Notes: generated from the letters alone by a model not told the origin. 64,000 nucleotides of DNA from Camelus dromedarius (GCF_036321535.1 NC_087436.1:11408001-11472000); one strand, 5' to 3'. Shown: positions 1 through 13,155, counted from the first letter of the stretch. Translations and numbers: made by a program.

Positions 1-333
1 GGACAAGCTTCCGACCCGCCACCTTCTCTCTGGCCTTCATGCCCGCCCGTGGGTCTCCCAGGACCCAGGGAGCTGTGTGCAGTGGGGCCGAGTCCTGCCC
101 CTTCCTTCACCTCCACAGCCGCAGCCGCAGGGCCCGGAGCCCCAGGAGCCTCCGCTGCCTTGGGCACCTTGGTCCCTTTCACTCGGTGGCCGGAAATCGA
201 GGCCTGAGAGGTCGTCCTCTCCTTCAGGGACAGCCCAGCTCCAGGTGGCCGTGAGGATCCCCAGCGTGGGCCAGTCAGCACATCCAGACGTGGGCCAGTC
301 TCCGCACAGCTCAGCAGCTCCTTCCAGAAAATG
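1..333 (-). other. 5' part of the coding exon (5' UTR) of a second TRIM60-like paralog; its main CDS lies left of the window
   Basis: Bases 1-~480 are nearly identical to 19357-~19850, which directly precede the TRIM60-like ATG. Putative acceptor ctttcccccgtgttag| at 334-349 (minus). Confidence 0.8.
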
Positions 334-635
334 CTAACACGGGGGAAAGAACACGCATTAAGGAGATAAACACCATGTACATAATCGACAGTGTTTTACC
401 AGTTTTTTTCTGGATTCAAACACATACATTTCCAAACAAAAAGGAATTGTAGTCAGTTAGGATAGCAGAGCCTGGTAATGGTTAATTAATGTGATTTTGT
501 TAATGAAAAGAGACTCAACAGGAAAGCTACACAGTACACTATTTACATATAAAACCCTGTGATACCAGGACCGGCTTCACAGTGAGGAGGAGCAGGGAAG
601 GGTGGGGGAGACTCACTGGATGTGAACATGGGACA

Positions 636-1022
636 TGTTGGCTTAACCGTGTGTCCTCCCCTCCCCCCATGCACAGTTCCTATACTGAATCTGTAAATCT
701 CAGCACATCGGAATGGGACTCTTTGTGGTGAGAAGGGCTGTAAAATGTTGATTAAGTTAAAATGAGGCTGCTGGGGAGAGGCCCTAGTTCAACACTGACT
801 GGTCACCTTGGAAGAGACGTCTGGGACAGGCACCCACGGAGGAAAGGAGGTCCCAGGCAGGAAGCGGCCCCCTGGGAGCCCCCGAGCCAGGGCTCAGGGG
901 TAAGTGAACCTCCTGGCCCTTTGATCAGCAGCTTCCAGCCTCCAGAATTGTGACAGAATCAGTGTCTATTGTTGAAGTCATCCCAGCGGTGTTCTGCATG
1001 GCAGCCCTTGGAAAGGAATACA
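636..1022 (+). mobile_element. MaLR LTR (MLT1/MST-like)
   Basis: Diagnostic motifs gattaagttaaaatgagg and cttccagcctccagaattgtgacagaat. Confidence 0.7.
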
Positions 1023-1313
1023 TTGCTCTACTCTGTATCTGTTATTTTACAGGCTGAACATGTTCTGTGTGGATACAGTTTCACAAGGGTCACCAGCCAC
1101 TGTTCCCAGTGGGCTCCTGCCCCAGGCAACAGGCCAGCTCCTCTCCCTTCTGTGAGCCACACTCTCCCTCTAATCCAAGGGTCCAGATCCTTTCTGTCTC
1201 TGTCTCTTAGGGAAATGCTGGGATTACAGCAAACCCAAAGCCAGACCTACCATTACAAGTAACTGACCTGAGTTGGCTGCCATTTCAAATACTTGACAAC
1301 AATACTTTCTTTC

Positions 1314-4300
1314 TGAGACAGGAAGAGAAGAGCACAGTCATTTTGGATAAGGACCCCAGAAGCAATTTGAGCAAAGCATGCCTTTAGGCTCAAGAACAAA
1401 GGCCCTGGGGGCCTGAGTCCTAGAAGCAAAGAAACAAAAAAGAAACAGGCTTAAAGAATAACTTTATCTCTGTGACACTAACAAGTACACATAATTGCCA
1501 CAAGACAAGAAGTTCAACTATCAATTTCCTGTTCCTTTTGTCCCTGTGTTTTCCTGCAGAAAATTCTCATGCCTCCTTTCCCCCCTCACAGAAACACTCC
1601 CCATTCCTGATAGTCACTGGGGAGCCTTCTGGTGCTGATCAAAGAAGTTTGACACATTATGGAAATGTCTGATCATGAAACAAACCCCTCCCTTTTTGTT
1701 ATAAAAGCAAAACTTGCCCCTTCTGCTCGAGGAGGTGTAACGTTTTTCTACCTTTTCCCTTGTGCACAAGGGATCTCTTTTAATACAAAGCTCTGCTCGC
1801 CTAAGAGTCCTGTGGAAATGATAGTCATTTCTCTGGTATTGCTGTCCAAGTATCTGGAAAGGGCCTAGTGACGTAAGATGGGGAGCTAGGAGGGAGGCTG
1901 AGCCAGGACCTCTTTGGGCCCCCAGGCTCCCGGGATCCCAGAGGAGGAGATTCCTTCTGGGGCAGAGGGCAGAGCTGCCTGAAGTGCTTTTGTTTCAGTG
2001 TCCTTGGGGCGGCTGCTACCCTGCCGGGGCTTTGGCTTTGGTCAATCTGTCACAGGCAGGCATGGCTTCTCCCCTTTCTTCTCTTTCTCTTACTCCCCTT
2101 CTTTTCCTTTCCCTTTTTTTTTTTTTCTTAGCAAGGAGGCGGGAGTCCTTCATCTGCTCTGTTGTGTCTGGTCTGTTCTCTTCAGTTGTCTATTCTGCTG
2201 ACTGGGAAGGTTGGCCTGAATCTGAAAATCCAAGACTGATCCCCAGGGGTTGGTTCAGGCACCATTGGAATTGCTTCCCCTCTGCATGTCTCTTTGACTG
2301 TGGTGCACCTGGATGACTGTCCTTGTTTGACTTCACGTTGTAAGCGCCAATGCTATTTTTCTAAGCAAAGTCAGTATTTGTGGGGAAAGGACCTTTGTGA
2401 CTATGTAAGTCAGTGGAGCCGTAGAGGCTACAGACTGCTCTCAGCTCACTGCTATTTCTGGGAAAATCAGTTATTCCCCACCTGGGAACATTTCTGAGCC
2501 ATGTACTCCTGTGATTTCTCTCCTTGTCTGCTTAGTGAGTGGTATAGACTGTTACATATAATGAAGCAGGGATTGGACCTGGTCTACAGTGTATATTGTT
2601 AAAAATTGATGGGAAGGTCAAGGTCTGAGGCAGCAGTGCTCTCTGCAGTGGCCAGTGGCCTGGGGTTTGTTAGAGCAGGTCTTTGGGAGTAACTGGGGAC
2701 CACTTTTGTCCTGGGCTCCATGTTAATTGGGCCTGTTGCCTGTGGAGCATTGGCCCCTGGCCAGTGGCTCTGGGATTCTGTCCAGCAGCTACCTGAGCAC
2801 TTCTGTCTCAGGGACAGTGCTGACTGCTGCCTCTGACCAGGCATCGCTGCCCACAGAGCTTTCAGTTCTGGGGTGAAAGAAACAGGGCTTTAGTCCTGAC
2901 CTGTCTGTTTCTGGTCACAACAGCCTCTTGAAAGAACAATGGGAAATGAGAGCCCTGTTCCATCCTGCTCTTGTTCCATAGGGTGTATTTTACAAAAACT
3001 GGGAGATCTTTAATTATGTTCCTATAAAGAAAGAAAGATTGTTTTTAACACTAAGTAGCCACAATATTCTTTAAACCCAGAGGAAAAAAAAAAAGAATTC
3101 CAAAACTGATGCTTTTTGCATATACAGTTTACAAAGTTTGGCTTGATAATGTATTTTCTTTTTTCCCCCAGAATTTTGATACTGAGAGAACAAAAGTATT
3201 CCTAGGAGAAATCTTGATATTATAAATCATATCATGTCCTTAAAAAATAAGCACAGCCCACATTGCCTGAGACTAATTAAAACTTCAAACCAAAGGAAAA
3301 AAAGTGGGAAAGAGGGTTTTTTAACTCAAGTAAGTAAATTTAACTTATTCTACCTGTTAATTTTGGTCTTACACTTTCCAGGTAAATTGCCATGACATGA
3401 TTTCCTATGTTTCCATTTGCATGTCGTTTGTTGTTAAAAAACAAACAAAAAAAAAGGTAAAGACTTACAAATCAAACATTCTAAATACAACAAAAAGTAA
3501 CCCAAATAAATTTCAGGTTCACATGATCTGGTGAATAGTCTGTATTAAATTAATATCTAGTATTAGAGTTAGCTTAAGTTTGTTAATTAATACAGACACA
3601 TCTTTAAAGTCATCAATGTTAAGTATAGTACTTTTATTGTACCCAGCTTTACTGAAAGTCAGTAAGTTTACTTTATATCTGCTGCAAAATATGCCAGCAA
3701 GAAACTTAACTTGGTATGATAATATTGTCTTAAGTAATAAAATAGAGATAAATAATGTAAAAGCTTTTAGGTGAATTCTTTAGAAATAATGTTTTAGTTT
3801 TTCCACATTCTTAGTATCTTAAAACCTTGGAGTTTTGCTAAATTAAGTTAATTGATCAAAATTCCTGGAAAGTCTAGGTCATTTTTATCAATAAAGCATA
3901 CCTAAGCCATCAAAAAATTTTTTAAAATCTAGATTATTTTAATTCAGATAAAATACTGAAACATTTATTGCTAAGCAAGTCTAAGTGTACCCCTTTTGCC
4001 TTCTTGTGAGAGAGAGAAAAAAAAACTAAAGATGTTTGGGTTTATTAGACACACGTCTGGTACCACATTAAAAAGGGAAATTATGCTACGAAAAAAAATG
4101 TATGTTTTTAAGAGGCTATTCCAGCAGGACAAACAGACTGCATTTGCTTTCTTCTTGGTTTTCACTAGAGATTAAGGGGTTTTTTATTTTTAAAGGTTAA
4201 AAATTATAGTGTGTAATTGAAGTTACTAAAATAATAAAAGAAGCATTTCAGTGTGTAAAAAAAAATAGGAAATATTCTGTTGGTGGTAGAGTATGTGAAA

Positions 4301-7300
4301 AGTAGAAATACATTCATTGGGGAAAAAAGAGGAGAATAGTTTTGGCCTAAAGATGGATAAAAATGATAGAAAGTTTGTGGAAAAGGAGCCTTGAGAAAAG
4401 AGTTCTGTACATGATCAAGATTCATTAAGATTAGATTGCATTTAATTAGGTAAATGAAGTATGTTCTTAAGTAAGCTGATAGAATACTGGAGTTCGGTTT
4501 TTTCTCTCTGTTAAGAGAACCAAGTTTTATTAGAATACTGCTTTTGATAACAGATTTTGTCAATTACTTTGCCTTTAAGTGATCTATAATTGCTTTTGAA
4601 ATCTTTTGTCACTTTGGTTAAGTGAGTTAGTATTGTTTCACAGTGCTCCTACTTGACCAAGTGTTTTTGAAACTTCTTGATATTTTTGACGAACTTCTCA
4701 AATATCAAGTTCTAATTAAAGTTCTTTTGACCTCCAGCTAGTTTTGGGATGATTCAGAAGGCACCTGAATCATCTCAGAGAGAAACATTAAATTAATTAC
4801 ACTTTTTCATAGACTAGATGGCCTGGAAAGCATTGCCAGATAATAATGATAAACATTCTTAGGTTATACTGTATGGGTAAATGTCATTAATAGAAGTCTT
4901 CTAGAAATTATCTAAAGTCCCTACAATTTAAATGTGTCCTGTCATCAAGTTATCAGTTATATTATTAGTTATTCTCTTAAAATGTTGTTTGTCACAGCAA
5001 GATGATTAAGTTTATCAATTACATTGTAATCAAATCTTTAACAGTGCCTTTTTTAGCATTTTGTCATTCATACAGTTTTTGTTTTCACTCTGATGCTTTT
5101 GCAAAAATGCTTCATTTTCAACAAGATTCACAAGAAGAACTTTTTAACAACTATAATTTTCTAACAACTTTTAGATCATACTTCTGAACTAGGTTTAAAA
5201 AAATTAAAGAATTTTAATGGAAACCCTGATGGTTTCATAAAACTGTTAGCAAAACAGATTAGTTTTACAGGACTGAGTAAACTAATAATTATGATTATAA
5301 TTTTATGGGGGGTTTTGTCCAAAATATGAATGGCTTTTAATCCTGTTTTCCAGATATCAGGGAACCTTTCCCCTTAAGCTAATTATGATTTCTAGCAATT
5401 TGGTAAATTACACATTTGTAAGTAGTATTGAAGCATTTATCCTTTCTCTCAACTGGATCCTTCCAGAACTTAGAAACTCTTAGGTTCCCAGCAGCCTTTC
5501 CAGGTGAATAAGGAAGGCTACTTCCCGACAGATGCAGGAACCTCAAGATATTTTGAAATTCAGGAAGACAGGAATGTGCCCAAATCTGTAGATATTTCCA
5601 TTGAAATCTGTGGCAAGCCCTTGACGTGGCTCCTGGCTTTCAGACGCTTTTTTAAAAGTTCAGTCTGCCGGGGGTTTTAGTAATAAATATGTGTTCCCTA
5701 TTACCCTTCTAAAATCTGAAAACATGTGGACTATGAAACACATCTTGTCCCAAGTATTTCCTAGAAGGGACTGCGGAGCAGTGAAAGCCAGTCAGATTTT
5801 CCATGATCCTTTTTTTTTTTTATACCTGTTTATATGTGAGGACGTCCCATGGTGTGTGGTTTATTACGAGGGCGGGTGCACATCCCTCATGATAATCAGA
5901 AAAGCTTGTGATAGTTGAATGTCGAGCAATATCTACATCCATCAAGATGCCCAAATTCTGCTGTAGAAAAAAAAAATGTTTGAGGTATTGGTTTAAACTG
6001 CACATTACATTTGGAATTTCAATCAGTTGCATAGATTTTAAAAGTTTGCTTTCTTAAAGTTCTTACTGAAATGCATACTGGCTCTGATCTCTTGCAAATA
6101 TATGTATGGCATAATATACTGATACAGTACACCTTCAAATAATTATCAATATGTTTTATAGCACGTTTTAATAAAATATTTTAAAGTAAAAGAAGTCCAG
6201 TATGAGATTCCTTATGAAAAGTTTCAGCACAGCCCCTTTAAAAGAGCCTGTGTAAGCAATTAACCACATTCTCTTTGTGAACAAATTAACTTTTATTTGG
6301 TTAAACTAACCCTTATTTGGCAAATATGGAGATAATTTTAGAGAGAAAAAGAAACTGTTTCAGTAGAGATTAAATTCTAATTTTGTTAATTAAGCTCAGT
6401 AATGGCTGCCTAAGATTCATTTCCCAAATACCTTCTTGTTGCTGTGTTCCATTATTGTACAGTTTAAGTGAGTTAAGATACTCTAAGCTTCTTTCTGAAG
6501 CTGATCACAGTGATCTATCTTTGGATGAACATCAAGTGACCCATGCTCTACACCGCAGGGATTATACATACCAGAAAAGGCATCATTTAAAGGACTGCCT
6601 CCAACCTAGGTCCTTATCAGGTATTCTTAAGTGCCTCCTGCACAAAGAAACTGAAGGGAGCTCACTCTTGAATTTGTATTTCCTACTTAAAAAGTGCCTC
6701 TGCATTGGACTGGTCTATAGAAGGGACTGCTGACTCCAAAGGCATTCACACCAGGGTGAGAAGACAACAGTGGTGAGCAGCTGAGCCACGAATCCAGCCC
6801 ATGCCTGCAAGACCATCACACTCTGCTACTGGGACTGTTTTCCAAATGTTTGTCTCCCTATCAACATTGAAAGTCATCAATTTACTTCTAACCAAACTGT
6901 TGCTCTCAGTGTTCAGGACAGGGGGAGAGTTCTCCAGTGGAGTTTTCACAGACTAACTACTCATGATGTGAAACCTGCTTGCTTTAAGTCTGTTGCTGCA
7001 AGCACGTGTACAAGCTTGTGTGACAATTGTGTATCTGTGATGAAAGGTATGGCCTATCAAATGTCTCCCCAGTAACTTACCTCTGAGCCTGTGCGTGATG
7101 TCTCATTGGTTTTCCCTCAACGTGGGTAACTAGGCAAACATAAAGGGGGCCTAGCACCAAGGGACATGATACAGACCAGGGCAGGCAGCTGAGCCGCTGC
7201 AGCGTCCAGGGAGCATTTATTTGGATTATCAGTGCTTTCTATTGAAAGATTTACAATCAAGATGGGAAATGATGGAAAAATCTGCACATTCTGAGACATG

Positions 7301-9678
7301 GGGGAACCATTCTGGCTGATATATGATTTAATTTAAACTTTAACCAAAACAGTTTGTTTGTGGCCAATTAAACATGCATTGTACATCTGCTTTAACCATT
7401 TAAAGAAAAAGTACATTTAAAAATTAAAGCAGAGTAACTATGGCTAAAACATTCAAAATAGAGCTGGATGGCCACTGTGGACGAGGTCTCACACACTTTC
7501 CTGGTGTTACCGAGAATCTGAATTTCTCAGCTACAGCACATTTAAGGACACCACCAACTGTTCTCAGAACAGTATCTGCTAGCAACTGCCAACTGCAACC
7601 TTATGGCCACAAGGTACCTATAAAATCAGAAGTGACACCCAAACAATGGTCCACCCTACCAGCCTCGGAAGGCCAGAGACTCACCTGGGAGACTTACTGT
7701 CCCCCAAGACTATGGGATAAGTGGCAACTGGAACCTTCATTTTTGTGCCCTGAGTAATTCAGTTCCCTGAATTAGTTAAAAGCAGCTATACCCAGTGGTA
7801 CTGTTGGTTGAAACAGGAAATACAGTTCAAAAACAATGCATACTCCCCATGGGGAGCCCCTGGCTTCTGTTAGGTAAGACTGAACCCCAAATCTGGATGC
7901 CAGTCAGTGCTCAGCTCCACCCTGAAAAGCAGTATTTGGTTGTACCCTAAACACAGTAGGGCTCAGAGGACACTCCAGCCTGGCCCATCGTGGAAACTCC
8001 AGTACGAAACGCTATCTGGTGATGGGGAAAGAACAGTTATGCTAGGAAGGCAGGCTCAGTGAAACCGTGGTGCTCTCTGACTTATAAAAATAAAACTGTT
8101 AATGTCAGAAGGACAAGAATCTGCTACAGCACTCAGCCCATGGGAAACCTTTTTTGTTCCAAGTGAGTAAGACTTTTAACAGTCTAGATGCTGAAAGACA
8201 AGCTATTTCTAGAAACCAGTTTGTCTCTACTTCTGGAAATCAGTCTAATGGAGGCTCAATGGCCAGAAAAACACTTCAGGTTATTAGTCCAAGAAACACC
8301 ACCACTGTTCAGAAATAACACAAGAAATACCACTTGTTTACAGTAAATCAAGGGGGAAAGCAGGTAACTGGCCTCATTAAAGAGCACGACAGTGCTGGCA
8401 GGGGACCCTCTGGGTGGCTGTGTTCTGACTCGAGGAGCCGTGTCAGTGGGACCTGAACTTAGGATTCTTGTCTTCTGTGTAGTTGCCCTGGTTTGTAGAG
8501 CTAGGTGTAAATGTTGTATAGGATATAGACAAGGCCTGTTTTACCAAAGAAATCCCAGGAGATTTCAAACATCTATGTGGCCCAGCCCCGGCCTCATCCA
8601 AGCCAGGTAGTTTGAGACTTGTCTGCTTCCTGTCAGGTAGCACCCAGGCCCTAAGTCAGCCTTGATGCCACTGCAGAAGACCCACCTGCGGCCTCCAACG
8701 ATCCCTTAAGAATGAGGGGACATAGAGACACATAGTGTAAGATACCACTTACATGTGGAATCTAAAAACATACAGCAAACTAGTGAATATAACAGAAAAG
8801 AAACAGACTCACAGATGTAGAGAAGAAACTAGTGGTTACCAGTGGGGAGAGGGAAGGGGGAGGGGCAAGATGGAGGTGGAGGATTGAGAGGTACAGAGTA
8901 TCAGGTGTAAAATAAGCCTCAAGGCTGTGCTGTACAACATGGGGAACACAGCCAATATTTCATAATAACTACAAATGGGGTATAACCTTTAAAACTTGTG
9001 AATTACAATATTGTATACCTGTAACATATAATGTCGTACATCAGCTATACTTCAATTTAAAAATATGATATTGTAAAATAAATACATAAATACAGTTTAA
9101 GAATGAAAACAAAAATGACGGGACATAAAGTCTGTGGGGAAAGAGACAGGAAGTCAGAGCACAGCCGTTTTGGAAAAGGACCCCAGATGGTCTTGGAAAA
9201 ACCCACTTTGCAGGCTAAAAATCAAAAGCCCTGGGGCCTGAGTCCCAGAAGAAGAAAAAAGGATTAAAAGATTAACCTTATCTCAGTTACACTCAGGAGT
9301 GTACCTAACTGCCACAAGACCAGAAGCTCAACTGCAACTTCTAACCTTGTCTGCTCCTGTGTTTTCTTGGAGAACGTTCTGACGCATTCCTTTCCCCTCC
9401 CAGAAGTGCTCCCTGGTCCTGATGGTCTGCAGGAGCCACCTACTGCTGAGCAAATAGCTTTGATTATTTCTGGAAACTATCACTGATCATGAGACAGCCC
9501 CCACCCATTTTCAACTCTTACCCCTTCTCCTACCAGAGTAGACACGCTTTCCCTGCCTTCTCCCTTGTGCAGAAGTGATCTCTTATAATAAAAACCTTTG
9601 CTTGTCTAAGAGTCTTGTGGAAATGATACTCATTTTTATGGTATTGCTCTCCAAGAATCTGGAAAGGGTCCAGTAACA
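1314..9678 (+). mobile_element. Degenerate class I (ERV1, MER4-group-like) provirus with two diverged LTRs and nested insertions
   Basis: LTRs ~1314-1872 and ~9143-9678 align throughout (gagacaggaag..., gtggaaatgata..., tctggaaaggg). Gag MA remnant MGNE..GCILQ..NTK*PQY from 2939. AT-rich non-coding interior. Confidence 0.75.
8725..9113 (+). mobile_element. L1 3' end inserted in the ERV
   Basis: L1 3' UTR sequence; TSD aatgaggggacata (8711-8724) / aatgacgggacata (9114-9127). Confidence 0.8.
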
Positions 9679-10867
9679 ACTCCATTTTGGAAGGTGTCTA
9701 TCTGATGCTATAAAAATATTAGATAATTATCTTAAATGGCAACCACGGTATTAGACACCTTCATTGAAAAATATCTTCCAGGTGACACATAAGGACATCT
9801 TCACAGATGAATCTTCAGATGCCAGGGGTTGGCTTCCACTTCTCTCTCCCCTCTTTTTGAGCTTCCCTTCCACATCGGGGATCTCTGATCCTTGAGGATC
9901 CGTCTCCTGTTTCTCACAGCTGATCCACATCTGCCCGGTTCTCCCATTGCAACCCTTCCCTCCCCGCCCACTCCACTAACCTCCCCAAATCTCCCAGGTT
10001 GAGACTGAAAGGAGATGGAGGCAGCAGAGGGTCCATGTGCTCGGATGCTGGGGGGGCAGCGTCCAGGCCTGGTCTCAGAGCCGGGGCCATTCAGGGCGCT
10101 TCCTGGGTCCCCCACCCTTTCAGGGACCCAGGGAAGATGGGGAACTGTCCTCATCTTCCCTCTCATTTGTGTGTGGGCCTAAGTACAGATATGACAAGGC
10201 CTCCTGGAATAGTTTGGTTTTGAACAGCAAGAAACTGGTGTGACACAGAATTTCAGGGTGTTTGTATCACTTCTGGTCCTCATTTGGGTTGCTTAATTAT
10301 AGATTTCCTGACTATTCTCAACATAGTTTTCAAAACTAAATTAATAGTGAACAAAATCACATTGAATTCCCTGGGATACCTAAAATCTAGCGTGATTTTC
10401 ACAAAAAGAAATTCCAGGAAGTTGATTACACCATAAAAGGAAACTGTGTGTATATGTCCTTATGAAAAAGCCAGCAAATATTTCTGTTCCATAAAGTGAC
10501 CACACATGTAGGTACATAAAACCTTAAGTAGTGAGTCCACATATTGAGAAAGAAAATAGAACAGCAGTGAGCACGGTGCCTGGCACAAGGGCTCCCCAGG
10601 CAGGAGGCCCTGGGAGTGGCCCACGGCTCCCGCAGGTGTGGTCCAGGTGAGAGGCAGAGGTCAGGCCACAACCACACCCACAGCTGGAGCTTCCCTCCCC
10701 CAACCCAGTCCTCCTCTGCACACAGGGAATCACCCACTCAGCTGGCAGGAGTCTGTTGTTAACGAATCCAGTAAGCACCTCCCACCCTCAGACCTCCCAG
10801 GCCACCCCAGCTTGGCCGGCATCCCCCAACCCCTACCACGGTGGGATCACCCAGCACCCAGGGCAGC

Positions 10868-12193
10868 TCGGTTGTCCCGACTCAGGCCTCCAGGGGATTC
10901 CGTCCCCGCCCCCCCAACCCCGGAACTCGAGTTGCTCTCACCTGCCCAGCTCCTGGGTCCTGGCTCTGTGTTGGGGGAGCTGCTCTGTGTCCTTAAAGCC
11001 CGGGCGCAGTCTCCACCCACCCCACCAGGACTCTGGTCTCCTCTCTTCCTCTCAGAGCAGATGACCTTCCTCGATGCAGGTCTGAGCACCCGACAAAGCC
11101 CGGGTTCTCAGTTCACACTGGGGCCAGAGTGTGGCCCCTTGGGCTTTATAAGCCTGGAGGGAGGGTCCTCTCCTTCACTCCCATTGGACAGAGCTCAGAT
11201 GCAATCAGCCTCGGGGACCTCTCATCTTTGTCTCTGATTGCATCTTCTGTCCGTGGATGCTGGGGGACACGCCTACCTTAATCCCCTCTAGCTAATTCCA
11301 TCAGAGATCTAGTTTATGACACCATCCAATACTTTGGAAAGTCCTGGCTTTGCTTCTCTCCAGTGAAATTGCTCAGCAGTCTTGGCCTGTCCCTTCAGAG
11401 CTTGTTGGAATTCCATCTGCCCCTGGAAAGAGGTGTTTCTGGAGTCTGGCCTCATCTCTGCTTTGTGCATTTCCAAGGGCTTTCTGCAGTTGTCCATGTG
11501 GCAGACCCCCAGGCAGCAGACAAGCTCTCAGGAGCAGCCCCTCCCCTTCAGATGGTGGGGGCTCTTGGGGGTGCTGGAGCGGGTTGGGGAGGGACTGTGC
11601 CAGGGAGTCGCCAGCACAGGCAGCAGAGCAGGAGGCCCTGGATGCAGTGAATCAGAAGTTTGCCTTGAGGAGGCCTTGAATGTAGTTTAAGGAAGTCCCA
11701 CTGGTGACGCTGACGGTCTGTGGGTTCCTCAGTAATCCTGAGTGTCCGCCTCCGGATCTGACCCTTCTCAAATCTCTGTGTTCCTAGAAGACTAAGTTAC
11801 TGTATTAGGACCGCCTCCATGGCGTCCCCTCCCTGACAGCTCAGTCCCTCCTGTGTCACCATCACACCTGTGGAGCGCTCCTGTCCGTGCACTCTGACCC
11901 TCAGCGTGGGACCCGAGGATCCCAGCACCTTCCCCACAGGCGGGCAGCTGTGGTCCCTGTGGAGGGCGATGGGCCCAGAGGGAAGGTTCCCCTGGTGTCT
12001 GCGAGGACAGCCATCCACTCCGAGGACAGCAGGAAGGTTTTCTCACTCAGAAGCACACAGGCCTGCACTCCAGAGCCATCCTGCTTAAAAGTGTTTCAGG
12101 GAACAATGAGATGGTGCCGATGCCAGAAAAGTCTCCCCGGGTGGAAGTGCCACGTGGTGGCCTCCTCGCCTGTTTCCCTTTCTAGACGAATCC
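10868..12193. repeat. Segmental duplication block (exon 1, promoter and upstream), copy A; paralog at ~19969-21277
   Basis: Direct visual alignment; both copies encode the MDNCRKPLEMHKAE.. ORF, and similarity ends at tttctagacgaatcc. Confidence 0.9.
10942..11290 (-). promoter_or_regulatory. Putative promoter and non-coding exon 1 of TRIM60-like copy A
   Basis: Minus strand: CCAAT (11187-11183), TATA CTTATAAA (11152-11145), splice donor CAG|GTGAGA at 10942/10941. Confidence 0.6.
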
Positions 12194-12199
12194 ACCTAA

Positions 12200-12880
12200 T
12201 GAAATTTTTTTAATTTTAATTTTATAATATTTCAGATGTACAGCAAAGTGATTCAGTTTTATATATATAGATAAAATGTATTCTTATATATATATATATA
12301 TATATAATGTATTCTTTTTCAGATTCTTTTCCACTCGAGGTTACCATGTTATACTGAGTATAGTTCCCTGTGCTATATAGTAGGTCCCCCTTGATTATCT
12401 ATTTTATATATAGTAGTTAGTATCTACAACTCTTTAACTCCCAATTTATCCCTCCCCACCCCCTTTCCCCACTGGTAGCCATAAATTTGTTTTCCATGTC
12501 TGTGATTCTGTTCAAAAGGTATTTTTTAAATGACACCCAGAGTGGCAGAGTTTGAACAGACACTCACATCCTGCTGCTGGGGCTGTACATTGGTACAGGA
12601 GTTCTGTAGGGTAAAAGCCCTTCAGGTTTTCCTTCGGTTTGCATCAGAAATTCCATTTCTAGAAATTTTACCTTTTAATCCAAATTGTACATGATTCCTC
12701 CTCCCCCTTTCCTCTTAGGCAACTATAATTTCCTTTTCTATTTCTGTCAGATTGTTTCTGTTTTGTAAATAATTTCCTTTGTATCATGTTTTTTTAGGTT
12801 CCACTTGTAAGTCATATCATAAAATATTTGTCTTTCTCTGTCTGACTTACTTGACTTAGTATGATAATCTGTAGGTTCAA
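12200..12880 (-). mobile_element. L1 3' UTR fragments
   Basis: gtacagcaaagtgattcagtt; tatttgtctttctctgtctgacttacttgacttag. Confidence 0.75.
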
Positions 12881-13155
12881 GAAAAAAAATCCAGCAGATT
12901 TCCTAGGTCTGGTATCTGTGACTATATTTTAATGATGTGATGTTATGTAAAGAAATAGATTGAACTCCTGATTCACACTTACTAGCTGTGTGGCCATGGC
13001 CTTGGCCTAGAGGGGGTGCTCAACACATCACTGTTCTTGCCAGGCTAGAGCTCTGTCTCCAGTACTGGCATCACCCCACACCCTTAATTTCCCAGCTGTC
13101 CTGAAGACAGCTGCTCTGACCTTAAATCTCTACCTTTTTGGCCAGGTCTCATTTT

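Noticed and set aside
10638..11237. 199-aa plus-strand ORF
   Set aside because: GC-rich antisense reading of exon 1 and the promoter; not preserved as one frame in the duplicate copy.
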